Source: Gnetum montanum (Eukaryota > Plantae > Gnetophyta). Taken from it: a stretch of DNA of 64,000 nucleotides. The DNA lies in contig MNCI01002249.1 in NCBI GenBank assembly GCA_015680685.1, forward strand, positions 233,947-297,946, written 5' to 3'. Below the pieces are notes generated by a model. The model was not told the DNA's origin. It did no database searches and worked only from the letters and a program-made list of their open reading frames with translations. The position numbers were made by a program, and so were the translations under genes. Shown here in pieces: positions 1-12,308 of this stretch; position 1 is the stretch's first letter, and every line of letters begins with the position of its first letter.

Positions 1-502
1 GAACCTAGCAGTTGGGGCGATGCTCCAAGCTCACAATTTTAAGCATTTTACAAGAACCACCTTTTGTATGTAGAGTGTTTAAGGGACAAGCAACAATTAC
101 CAATGAAATCAAGGTGCCACTACCTTAGAACTAGAATATAACATTGGCAGCGGGAGTGACTCCTCCATAGTTGGTATCTTAATAGGCACCTTCACCTTTA
201 ATCATTCCTCTTACTCTGTTATTTAGTTATTTTGATTTTGTTTCTTTGTACTTCTCAGATTATTGTTCTTTTTTCTTTTATTTTTACTGTTTGCTATTTT
301 TCTTTTTCAAATTTTGTTGTGTTATCTTTCTATTTTCTCTTGCATGGTCATCTCTCTAGCTAGTGGTACTTTTCTGCATGGGTTTTCTTTGTGTTTCTCA
401 TCATGTCTTCCATAGGCGTTAGTGATTGAGATCCCTACTATGGTAGCCAATGATGTATAGTAACACTCTTTCACCCATTACCTTTAGTTTCCTCTTAGTC
501 TA

Positions 503-1322
503 TGATGAGTGGCAAGGTATCCCTACGTCAACTATACGAATACGAGCGTACACACACGATCCAGTTGAATAACAAGGACTAAGTGCTTATGCGCCTTTGT
601 GGAACAAGGACAGGTTGATCAATCGTTGTCTTCCCAAGCTTACTTGTATGGCATGATTGTATGGTTAAGTAAACTTGAGGTACATGATTTTTATGGCTTT
701 TATATTTTTATGACCTTGTGCTAAAAAGGAAGGAGAGAGATAACTAAGTAACTACTTTAATTTAACTACTCAACTATGCTTTAACTAGTCATAACACCAA
801 CATCTGTTCTCACTTGCCATACACATCCTAAACTAGTGCAACACTATTGGGATTACCAAACACTAATCGTTATTGGGTTACCAAGCATTACACGCATGCT
901 CGAAGTGGTCGTACTGAGTGTGCTTACTTAGGAGAGTTGTAGGGTGAGAGAGAGAACATTAATTAACTAAGGAAAGCATTAAGCAATAGTAATTAACATT
1001 AATTAATCTATTATAATGCTGCAAATTTTATAACAAAGTTTATCTTTATTGTCATACACAAGGTGTGCTCAGGTACACAATGCTCGAATAAAGATCTGTT
1101 CACTTTATGACTCATACTGCGGGCACTTCGAAATAATTCTATCTCTGGAAAAGGAAAAAGGCAAGAGTTTGGATAAGGGACTAAGACTAACTACCAAAAC
1201 CAAGTGCGCCCGCCTCTTATTTATAGGCAATGGGGCATGTCTCGATATCAGATGCCCGATATCACGTGTAAGGCTCTGATATCATGAACCCGATATCGCG
1301 GATGCGATATCGCGGTTCATCA
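503..1322 (-). repeat. 3' LTR of the Athila-like element (820 bp)
   Basis: Termini TGATGA...TCATCA. Matches 12830-13318 over about 490 bp. Minus-strand TATA (ctataaataagagg) near 1213-1226, and CGATATCG repeats at 1243-1315. Confidence 0.9.
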
Positions 1323-3226
1323 TACCCTCACGACTAAATGAAAACTCATCCTCGAGTTCTTTACAAAATATTGGGATGGCATAGGATTATTGACTGAATG
1401 ACACTAATGGTGAAATGGGATGACAGACTCAAATGTGCCCGGTGAACAAATCAACAACACATTACAACATTGGTGTTCATACCCATGGTGGTGAACACTG
1501 TACATAAATGACATCCAGACTTTTATTTGATAGCCTGAAGAGAGAGAAAAGAAAATGAGGTGCGTTGTTGCCAATGCCGAGATTGCACCTTCTATTATTT
1601 ATCCATAACCATGCGACCAAACTTGTTCCTTTTGTAAATGTTGTAGCTCCAATCCATCCCAAGTGCTCCCTCCTAGCCCAATCCATTGTTTGTATGATCA
1701 TCATCTGCACACATAACATAGTCACAAATTAGCAAGGATAGATAAACCACAATGTAGTTGATACCTTGCCTTGATATAAAGCACATTGGTTGAGTTGTGG
1801 TTATGGCAGATACTGGGTTAGAGGTTTATTACTGAGGACTACCTGAGGTGTAGGGGTGAAACAAGTAGTAGAATGGGAAAATTTGTGACAGGGCCCCCAT
1901 GACTAAGAGTGAACCTCTGGTAGCAATAAGATGGAAAAAATAGAAGGAAGAAGAAAGATGGGAAAAATAATGGCGACGCCAATAAAATGGATGTCATGGC
2001 TAGGGATGAAATGAGAAATTGCTGATTGCAAGAAATGTTTAAGGAAAAAAATTTAACAATTGCACCATAAAGGAATGTCAGTGGGTCCTCCCCAAAGCAG
2101 GCTCATGTCTTTTATGCCCTAACAAACCCACAAACTAAAGAGTTCATAGGCTATAGGAATGACACATGGAACAAGGGTTAATAGCTTACCCACAAGAATT
2201 TACCAAGGAGAAACAATGCATCAACCAAAATACAGACTAATCATAAAACCAACAATGAGGTGGAAAATGGGAAGAAAGATGGAGAGAAGAATATGGAATG
2301 GAATCCAAAGAGCAAGGTTGTATAAAGTCCCTTGTGTATTTTATGGTTAAGCTGACTGAGTAGAACTCATTCCAAATCTAGATTTAAACCAACTACATTT
2401 AGTGATCTCGCATCAATACACTTGACCAATCCATCCTCTTGAAGCAATAAGAATGGTTCCCCAAAGAGTTACCACCATTCCAAGGTGAGCGAGATGGAGA
2501 AGCAGGAAGTGAGAAAGGGTCTTAGTTAGAGGGAACCTTTAGGCATGGGTAACATGTCTTTCCAGTGCCATAACTAGTGCTTGTAGCCCCATATTTCTTT
2601 ATTATATCTAAGGGGTGTGCTTTGAATTCCCATGTTTTTTTTACGTGAGAACCACACTATGAAAAGACTTATTATTATTGATTTTATTTTTTTCACTCAG
2701 CTTCCTGATAGTAGGTCAATGGCGGAATGGCAGAAAACCCATGAAAAGCATCCAAGTACCCAAGAGAATAGCCAAGCACAAGCACATCGAATCCCCTTAA
2801 AGTCACACCCTTTTCAACCATTGAGTTCTTCCTTGGTTTGAAGAATACCAAGCCACCAATTCATTAACAAGTTTATTTAGAAAAAGGGACAGTACAGGTC
2901 CAAGCCAAGGGAGACCACAAAGTTGAATGGATGAATGGATGGTGTGGACTCATTTCCTGGTTTATTAAAAGAACCATATCTTAGTATCAACATTGAAAAT
3001 CAAAGACAAAAACCAAACATTAGAAACCAACATCATTATAATACAATCCACCATTATGAGCACTTATTGTAAGATGAATAAAAGTAAATCAAATAAAGAA
3101 ATAGTAAAAATATGAATGATGGTGTAAGACAACAAAGAAGTAAAATTGAAAAATGTGTAAAACAAAAAGGTGTAAAACAAAAATGCGTAAAAAAATACAA
3201 AAAGAGCTAAGGGCTTGGAATGATTA

Positions 3227-4673
3227 TCATTGGTGACCCTCTCCCCCATGACTGAGGTGGTAGGAGGCAATCCAAAATAGGGAGCAAGGTTGTCCACCAA
3301 CAGAGGTAGCATTGGTAGTAGCTATCCTAGGCTCATGGAAAGGTTTGGTTTGTTGGATGTTGACCAATAGTTTCTTGTATGGGCTTTCAAGTTTATAAAT
3401 CATTATGGCCCCTGAAGGAAAAGTTGCATGAATGACATAAGGTCCTTCCCATAATATTTGAAATTTGGTTTGTTGTGGCACATGTGTGGGATTCTAGTAG
3501 AGAACCTTATCTCCTTGTTGATATTTAAGTTTTCTAATCCTTAGGTCATGACATTGTTTATTGAAGGCCTTGTGTAACTCGTTAGATGACAGGGCAACTA
3601 ATCGGTTCTCATCTAGCAAGTTACGGATCATTAACTGTTCTTTTTGTGTGCTAGATCAAGGTCAAGGTTGACATCACAAGCCATAGATAGTGTACGAAGT
3701 TTAGCTTGAATAGGAAGCATTGGTAATTTACCGTACACTAACTCATAGGGAGAGTAGCCTATAGGGAGTTTCGATGTGGAGCAGTATGCCCAAAGAGAAT
3801 TGTTTAGTTTGGTGCTCCAATCTTGCCTATACTTGCTAATAGTTCTTGTCAATATTTTCGTAATCTCCCTATTGGTGANNNNNNNNNNNNNNNNNNNNNN
3901 NNNNNNNNNNNNNNNNNNNNNNNNNAGTGGCTACTTCTGCCCATTTTTTAAAGTAGTCAACGACAACAACGATGTAGGCTTTTCCATTGGACATTGGTGT
4001 AATAGGCCCCATAAAATCAATTCCCCATATATTGAAGGGCTCTAAAGGTTGAATCCATTATTGCGGATCCTCCATTTTAGCAGTCATTCCCCCATCACAT
4101 TGACAACGCTCATAAGATTGGACAAATTGATGGGCATCCTGAAACAATGTAGGCCAATAATATCCTGCAAGTAGGATTTTAATGGTTGTTCATCTCATAG
4201 CATAATGACCCCCACAAGGACCCTCATGAGTACCTTGGAGAACTCGCAGTTGATTTATATTGAGAACACACCATCGAACCAAGCCATCGAGACATACTTT
4301 ATAAAGTTGCTCATTGATTTCCATAAAATACTTGGCTCGGTGAAGAAACTATTGTGTCTTTTTAGCATCTAACTCTTGTGGTGTTTATTATGTAAGGAGA
4401 TAGGTGAGAATACTACTATACAAGTTTGTCTCCGTGGTCAATTGATTAGTCACTACACTTGCAAAGAGGGGTTCATCAGGGAAACAATCAGAAATTGGAT
4501 ATTCATCCTCTTTGTTGTCCCATCTTAGCCAAGATAAATGATCAGCAACTACATTCTTGGTGCCTTTTTGATCAATGATCGTAAGATCGAACTCCTGTAA
4601 GATTACAAGCCATTGTATAATGCGAGGGCTCATCGTTGGTTTATTCATTAGGAACCATATTGCACTATGATTC
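3227..4673 (-). pseudogene. Athila pol, 3' part (end of RNase H plus integrase), disrupted; N-gap at 3879-3925
   Basis: PRIIQWLVILQEFDLTIIDQKGTKNVVADHLS; GPCGGHY and LAGYYWPTLFQDAHQFV (integrase Zn region); PIGYSPYELVYGK; LWEGPYVI. Confidence 0.9.
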
Positions 4674-5954
4674 TGTTGGCGACTGTTTGGGACGCGACCA
4701 CCAACGAGTGTCCTCGAACAGGATTTAGGTGCCTGCTGGTCTCTGGCTACACCAAGGCCCAGATACCTCCAAATAACTCAGTAGTTAATGTGAGTATGTG
4801 TGTGTGCTGTTGCGGCGTGTGGTTGTGTGCAATGTAACGATTGCGTGTGTGTGAAATACAAATGACTTACTTTAAGAGATTCAGCCAACTTTATCAAGTA
4901 CTGTGAGTTATTGAGAATTTCCTATTTTTTTCAAACTACCTAGTCTATGCGGTCCCTATAATACCTGCTTGTAACAAATAAAATTTTGCATAAACATTTG
5001 AGCACAACTCCGCAAATCTACTCCTAATTTTCCCCAGAGAGAGAGAGATAGTTCCACAAGAAAACTAGAAATAGAGCAAGATTCAAAGGAAATAGACAGA
5101 AAGAAAAGAAAGCAGATTTGTGTGGACCTCAAATATTTAAACAAGGTAAAATGACACGAGTAAACACTTCGCAATAAAGCTATTCCAAATTCAATATCTA
5201 TGAATTGTTCAAACTTCCAAGACTCAAACAAGCAATATCTTCAAGACAATCCTACTGTACTACCAAAAATTGCTGCGTAAACTACCATGTACGAGACTCC
5301 ATTTTGGCTAGACAGTAGATGTCAACGATTGCATTTAAACAGAACCTTTAAAAGACTTGACAATTTCTGATTGAAATAACACGGAAAATCACTCTAAAGA
5401 TAAAAAGAAGCTATTCTGGTCCCATCAAAATACCAAAGATTTTCTGAACCCTCTCGACTACCAAATTGTTCCACGGCGTGACTACAAACAGAGGCTCTCT
5501 TCCAACAATCCAATAGCAGTTCCCAAACGTTGCACAATAACGAAATTTACTACTAAAATGCTCTCAAGGCTTTTTGAACACAAGCGCTTCTATGGCAAAA
5601 TTTTAACAGAAATTCCTATTGGGCAACAAGAACAATAAGAGCAATCTAAAAATCCCAAAATTACTTGCCAAGAATGATACTACCTAAACCACTAGCTAAG
5701 CAATTAAAACAAAACAAAAATGAAATGCATAACTCACAGGACCATGACAAAGAGGCTGAAATCTTTATTCTAGCAAATCATCTTGTAAATCATCTTCTTT
5801 ACAAATCTTTCAAGTGTGATTTGATGCTCCCAAGTGATGTGATCTCCCTTTCATCCCCCTGAAGCCTTTTTATAGGGCTCAAAGGTGGTTAGGTAAGTTA
5901 CAAAATATCTTGGGTGGTTTTAACCACCATGGAGACAAAAAAAAAAACTACAAT

Positions 5955-6125
5955 GGACAAGTGTCCTATTCCATGGCCAAGTGTCTTCATTCAGTTGCCA
6001 AGTGTCTTCATGTAGTTGCCAAGTGTCTTCATCTAGTTGCCAAGTGGTCTCCATGGAGACAAATAAGTTGCAATTGACACGTGTCCCGTTTAGTTGACAA
6101 GTGGCCTTTGTAGTTGACAAGTGGC
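5955..6125. repeat. Degenerate 21-bp tandem array (gccaagtgtcttcatNYagtt) upstream of the solo-LTR TATA box
   Basis: Three to four near-perfect units at 5976-6050, with decayed caagtg units on both sides. Confidence 0.8.
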
Positions 6126-6907
6126 CCTTACAATTTCAAAAATATCTCACCTAACTTTTCTCCCAAGTAATTTAGCTCACCAATTAGAAAATTTCTTGCC
6201 CAACAAGTTAGGTAAGTTACAAAAAATCTTGGATGGTTGTAACCACCATAGATAAAAAGGTTGCAGCTGACAAGTGTCCAGTCCATGTATGACATTAGGT
6301 AAATATCCCATGAATGTTTGTCTTTGAATATATTTTATATAGAGGTATCCAAAATACCAAATTATGTTCAAATGAATTGATTTAGGGAATGGCGGATTGA
6401 AAGAAAATATATTTTTATAAAGACAATATAGTTTTCTAAAGTTAACGCTATGCAGTTAAACTAACTGCCCGATAGATTTTCTCTGTGCGCGACCCTCTCC
6501 GTTGTTGGTTCGTTGCTGATGCTGCAGCCTTCTTCATATCCAAATACGTGGTCTGATTGGCCGATACTGCTGCTGCTGCTCAGAACACACTTTGCCCGAA
6601 TCTTGAAACCTGCTCATTGCCGTCAGGTTCCATGTGTATTACTTTGAGAAGCATCTGCTGAAAAGTCTGATGATTCCTTTTCCAATTGATGCAAATTTTC
6701 GTGTAATTACTTTGAAGTTAACTGTGGGTTTTCGTAGGCTGAAGATGACCCACAAGATGCCCCAGAGGATTAATCTTTGATGTTAGTAGGGTTGTGATCT
6801 GTTGGTTGTCAGAAAATTCATCGCAGAAGACGTTCACCTTCACGGTAGCCTCTGAATCCTCCGTGGATGCGGCCGCCTGATCGCGGACCTTTTTCTTTTC
6901 ATGTTTT

Positions 6908-7048
6908 CTAGCTTTCGGCAGCAATGGACAGAACGATCTCTAGTCCGTGGACGTTTCCTCTGTCCCTGAACTCGCCGTCCGTGTCGTCGTCTTCTCCGTC
7001 GCTAGGGTTTGATTCTTCATCGTCGTCCTCCTCTTCAGCGTCCGCCAT
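6908..7048 (-). pseudogene. Captured 5' end of an unidentified host gene (acidic N-terminus)
   Basis: gcagccATGG start, then MADAEEEDDDEESNPSDGEDDDTDGEFRDRG...*. Preceded by a GC-rich leader and a telo-box (aaaccctaaaccct, 7170-7184). Confidence 0.5.
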
Positions 7049-7459
7049 GGCTGCTCTGCCCTTCCCGCCACTGCTCTGCTGCCGCTGCTCTCCACCAATG
7101 CACAGACACAGACGTAGCCGTAATTCGTCAAAATTGGAAAAGACAAGGTCGCAGTTTTTATCACTTCTGTAGGGTTTAGGGTTTGAGTGGGCGGAGACAA
7201 AATGGAGGAGATAGTAAAGACGACGGAGGGAGTCGCAAGAGTGGTCGGGGTAAGACGGAAGTTGCGCATGGACAATGAAGAAAGAATGAAATTATGGATC
7301 CGCGGCGCGATCCATAGAAGCCCCCATGGGAGGGATGCTTGTACAGCTTCAGTGGGAGCAGCTTCCATTTTTGAACAGCGCTGACCAGTAGCATCAGCCA
7401 TGAGCCCTGCCTTGCCTCCCTTATCAGCTCCGGCATGGCGTGTCCACTCCATATATGTC

Positions 7460-8150
7460 CTGAGAGCCTGTGAACGTGAAGCTTACAAAGAAATAACATG
7501 AAGTTGAGAACCTTTTTCGCGGTATATTACATGACATATGAGCCCATGATTCCTTAGATCCCTCCGCAGCTTCTTGATTGTTGGAACCACAAATGGGTTA
7601 TTGACATAAAATGCCAAGCAATGTTCATTGCAATGGTCTTTATCTTCAACTAAAATAGACTCTATATATCCTTTAGAAATTGAATTTACCCATTTAAGTA
7701 TGGTTTTACGAAGATCTCCAGCAACCTACCGATATTCAATATGAGATGTATAATCTTGGTCAATGGCGTAAGAGTAATCTCCACTAACACTGTTGCCAAC
7801 AAAATTCTGTGGAGTTGTATAGTAAATTCCACTGTTGCTGCTACAAATGAATGTATCAAAATCTGATACATTTATGCCTCCGGAGCACAAAAGAGAGACT
7901 GTTTCAGAGATACTTAAGGAAGATGATAGAATAATTCCTGTGGACTTCAATAATGAAATTTTAGAGGCGATTGCCATTAGTCCTCTAACCACAATGACAA
8001 AGGTTGTGTCCTTGTCATCTTGATTATAACTACCTATGGCAATTACCAATATCTAGTGTTTCCTCCTTATGGCAATGAATTAGCATTCAAATCAGCCTTT
8101 TTAGTAAGATCTGATTTTCTCTCTGAAATTTTTTTCCTGCTCTCATGCAA
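7460..8150 (-). pseudogene. SPS: Captured sucrose-phosphate synthase fragment (C-terminal SPP-like domain)
   Basis: One frame reads RRKH*ILVIAI...STGIILSSSLSISETVSLLCSGGINVSDFDTFICSS...DYTSHIEYR*VAGDLRKTILKW...HCLAFYV...VPTIKKLRRDLRNHGLICHVIY...LHVISL*ASRSQALR. It is collinear with the plant SPS motifs DFDAFIC, SHIEYRWGGEGLRKTL, LRCHVIY and ASRSQALR. Confidence 0.9.
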
Positions 8151-8183
8151 CCTGTTCCATGAAATGGCCAAAATGTGCCAACA

Positions 8184-10344
8184 GATTCATATGTACAAAT
8201 ACTTTATAACCTAATACATAGTGCCTAAATTTTTCTAGTGCAAACACTACAGCCATTGACTCTTTCTTTGTTGTAGTGTAGTTAAGTTGTGCACCAACAA
8301 TACTTCTACTTACACAGTGGATGTAATAAGGACATTTTTGGTCATCTAATTGTGTAAGTACGGCTCCTAAAGCATAGTTGGATGTGTTAGTCATTATGAG
8401 TAATGGTCTGGACCAGTCAGGAGCTTGTAGAATGGGTGTTTCTATGAGCGTTTATTTTAAAGTTTGGAAAGCTAATTCACATTTTCTGGTCCATTCGAAA
8501 GGTATGTCCTTTTTCGTTAGTTCAACTAATGATTTTTCAACCTTTGAAAAGTTCTCAATAAAGAGTCTATAATAGCTAGTGTTTCCAAGGAATGACCGAA
8601 TATCTTTTACAGTTTCAGGTTGCTGAGTAATTCCCTGGATAACTTTGATCTTTTCGGGGTCTACCTCTATCCCTATTTGTGAAATCTTATGCCCTAGTAC
8701 AATGCCTTCTTGGACCATTGAATGGCTTTTTTGCCAGTTGAGCCTTAAGTTGGTTTCTATGCATCATTTTAGTACTTTCTCTAACTAGTCCAAGGCTTGA
8801 TCAAAGTTTGCTCTGTAGGTGGAGATGTCATCCATGAAGACCTCCACACTGTTTCCTATCTGTTGCTGGAATATGCTTAGAACTAATTGTTAAAACATTG
8901 CAGGGGCATTGCATAAGCCAAATGACATCTAATTGTATGTAAACGTTCCCAAGGATTGGTGAATGTAGTTTTGGCTTGGTCTTTTGGGGCTATTTGTATT
9001 TGGTTGTACCCACTGTACCCATCCAGAAAACTATAGTAGCGATGCCCTGTAATGGTGTCTAAGACTTGGTTGACGAATGACAACAGAAAGTGGTATTTGA
9101 ATGTTGCCATATTTAGTAACCTAAAATCTATGCACATCCTCCATTTACCTCCCTTTTTGGGCATAATAACTAAGGGACTAACCCATTCACTATTAGCAAT
9201 GGGGCATATGAACCCAGCTTTTAGAAGTTATATGTCTTCCTTGACCACTTGCTTAAGCTTTGGGTTAAGTTGCCTTTGCGGTTGTCTTTAAGGCTTCATG
9301 GAGGGGTCGATGTAAATTCTATGTTGGCATATCCTAGGATTTATTCCTGTTAATTCAGGATATGACCAAGCAAAGGCTTTTGACCATTTATTTATTACCT
9401 TCAGCAATCTCTGATTTTTTTGAGGAGCCAGCTTAGCATGAATAATTACTGATTTTTCATTCTTGAGAAATGTGTATTCCATATAGGTGGGTAATGGTTT
9501 TAACTTAAGGGGCTCCTGCTTAAACTTATTAGGGATTTCCAACTTTTCCCAGTTGATATTTTCAATGTCAAGACTTGGAAGTTGGTGATGGACTTACTCT
9601 AATGTGTCTATGCTATCGATGTAAGTGCAAGTCAAACCCTCAGTTGGTTCCATGCATATAGTTGAACTTCTCTCTTGGTCAGCTATCAAACACCAGGTGC
9701 CTAGTCACTTGTGCACATTGATTGCATGCAGGCAATGTTAAACGTTGTACAAATGATGAATTTTGCATGCAATTACACTCTGTGTCACTGTATGCAATGC
9801 ATGGAACTTTCTTCTTCTCAATCTTTCCAAATGTATTTTCCTTTGATAATTCTAGGGAAAGATCGCAGATTCCTAGGCGCACGTCAATTGTGCTTAGTCA
9901 TGCTCTTCCCATTATGATTGAGAAGTCCCCCTTACCATTGTTCACTTGAATTACTAGGAAATCGGCTGGATATGACCATCCANNNNNNNNNNCTAAATGA
10001 ATGTTACTCTTTTTTAGTGGAGGCAGGTTCCAGGCTTTGTACATTTCTTGAGAGATTAAGTTGACAACAGAACCTAAATCCAAAAGAGCTTTGCACGACT
10101 CATTCCCAACAATCTGTAGATATATAAGAGGACTCCTAGGATCAAAAAATTTCCTAGGAAGATGGCTAGCTTTTATCCAATCGATGATGACATGAGTTAA
10201 CATGATTGTATGCATTGGGCATGGTGTTTGGTCTGAAGGGAGTTCTGAAGTTTTGATTGGTAATGAGGCATTTAAGGGATTAGTCGCTTGTGGTTGCAAG
10301 AACTTACTTGGATTGTTGGTTCTAAAGAAAGGTATTTTCTTCAT
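8184..10344 (-). pseudogene. Athila pol, 5' part (protease, RT, RNase H), disrupted
   Basis: ALLDLGSVVNL (protease); KWRMCIDFRLLN, FLDGYSGYNQIQIA and VFMDDIS (RT); SNYALGAVL...LNYTTTKKE (RNase H). Confidence 0.92.
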
Positions 10345-10699
10345 GCGGTTGTCAGAACCAACAGTAGATTGAGAGTTAATAGCCCTTGTAGTGTTACATT
10401 GCTATGGCTGGGCAGGGAGCTTACCCTGCATAGCTGGAGCAGGTGGTAATGGAGATATGGGTGGAAGAGATGTAGTTGGATGAAAAGCATAGTATGTTTA
10501 TGGAACATCACCCCTAGGAGAAGGAGTCCTATACTACTCACGGGCTTGGTAGTGAGGTTGAGGAGTAATGCGACCAGTAGAGTCACATGGAGAGATTGGT
10601 TGTTACACATAATATCCATATGCGTTAGGTTGATGGTAAGGTTATTGTTGCTGTGGTGGTGGCATTCCCCATGATTGTGGGTGTTGCCACTGTTGATAC

Positions 10700-12308
10700 T
10701 GCTCAGTTGGTTGTGGTGGAGTTCCACTTGGATAATACATTAAAGGTTCATGGAACTGTCTTGGGTTATCTTGAGGATAAGGTAACCTTCAGGGTGTTTA
10801 CCTTTTATTTAATTATGGGTTGAGTGCGTGCATCCCAGACTCTTGCAGATGTGAGATTACAGGGCAACATCCCTTAGGATGGTCATATTAGCATATCTCG
10901 CATCCACTATCATTATCTATATTTGAATCCACAACCTCTTCTATGATGGCAACTTTGCCCTTACCTTTGTTACACGCATATTCAGCTTCTCTCTTTTTTC
11001 TCTTTTTGTGATCACTACCTTACTCTCTAGACTCCTCTACTATTTTAACAATAGTTTGAAATTGATTATCTAGGGAGTCCCACATTTGGTCTACCTTTGT
11101 CGATCCTTTCGATGCCAACTTTTGAATAGGCAAAGTTTTCCTTTTCACCATCTCTTCGAGTGGTGACTCTTCTTCATCCTCACAAAATCTTACTCCTTTT
11201 GAAGGGAAGGATCTCTGTTATATTCCTCTGCACTCTCTCTTTTCCTTAGCTCACCTTCCTCTTTAGCAACTTGCTCCAATAATCTCTGTACTTGATGGGC
11301 CCTAAGCTTAGATAGTCTTCCTTGGGCATAAGTCCCAAGGTTTCTTCGCATTTCATACCTAAGCCCATCTACGAGATGGTGTAGTTGATCCCTCTATGAG
11401 TAACCATGGCCTGGGCAATGATGTAACAATGCATAATATCAGCCCATGGCAACATCCAAGGGTTCATGTTCTCCTTGTTTCCATCCTTAAATTTGCTTTT
11501 GTAGGTTGGATACTCGGGAGTACGTTTGGTACTTATCGTTGAACAAGTCTAACATGGTACTCCACCTACGAATGGATTCTAGTTCTAAGGACTGGTACCA
11601 GCTCTCTGCTTCTTTGACTAGTGTCTATGGGAATAAATTTAGTTTTTTCCATTCGTTTTCTATGTTTTGTAAGGCACATGCATCATGAAATGCTTGTAGA
11701 TGATTTTGAGAATCATTGTTGTATCCCCCTTCAAATCGTGGAACTTTAAAAGCCTCAATTATGTCTAGCATACTTCAAGTAGCGAGTAGGGGTTCATCAT
11801 GATTATCCCATCTATGGCATCTATGATGCCCATGTTGTTCCCTACTTTGCCTTCTTCTGTGCTGTGATTCTCTAGAATGCCCTTGTTCCCTTTCCTGACT
11901 GTTTCATCTATGAATCCCACCTTGCCTACCTTTATCCTTATGGTCTTTTCCTCTATGACTGCATCCAGATCCTAAAGGAGAGGGTGAAGGAGATGATGAA
12001 GGTGAAGAAGAAGGAGGATCATCACCATGACGGTGCCTGCTACCTTCTCTTCAGTGGTCGTGGCCTCACTCACGGTCACGATTAGCATGTCCATCTTTAT
12101 CATGTGTTCGTGTTCCTTTTTCAGACCCTTTGTGTTCGTTGGTATCAGAACCTAGATTATGGATGGTTGAATGAAGGTTCTGATACACAACCCCTTGACC
12201 AAAGTTAACAGGAGGAACATCATTTTGTGGGAAACCTCCTGAGGCAGGTTCACCACCCTCATTTTCACTTATGAAATGTGGGACATTCTGAGACGACTTC
12301 CCCTTCAT
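10700..12308 (-). pseudogene. Athila gag, disrupted
   Basis: VPRFEGG...NHLQAFHDAC...KLNLFP*TL...AESWYQSL...W..MLDLFNDKY...KQGEHEPL...CPGHGY, the retrotrans_gag pattern. Confidence 0.8.

Larger units (their letters stand above)
4674..8183 (-). mobile_element. 3510-bp solo-LTR-like insertion carrying host gene fragments
   Basis: Termini TGTTGGC...GCCAACA with exact 5-bp TSD GATTC (4669-4673, 8184-8188). Removing it rejoins RNase H as KVFVHMN-HSAIWFLMNK. Minus-strand TATA (ccctataaaaagg) near 5865-5878. Confidence 0.9.

Noticed and set aside
6940-7452. 170-aa ORF as a real gene
   Set aside because: It runs across junctions of unrelated captured pieces and UTR-like sequence, and has no recognisable domain.
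7415-7459. YGVDTP peptide suggesting amidophosphoribosyltransferase
   Set aside because: Only six residues, it needs a frameshift, and similarity does not continue.
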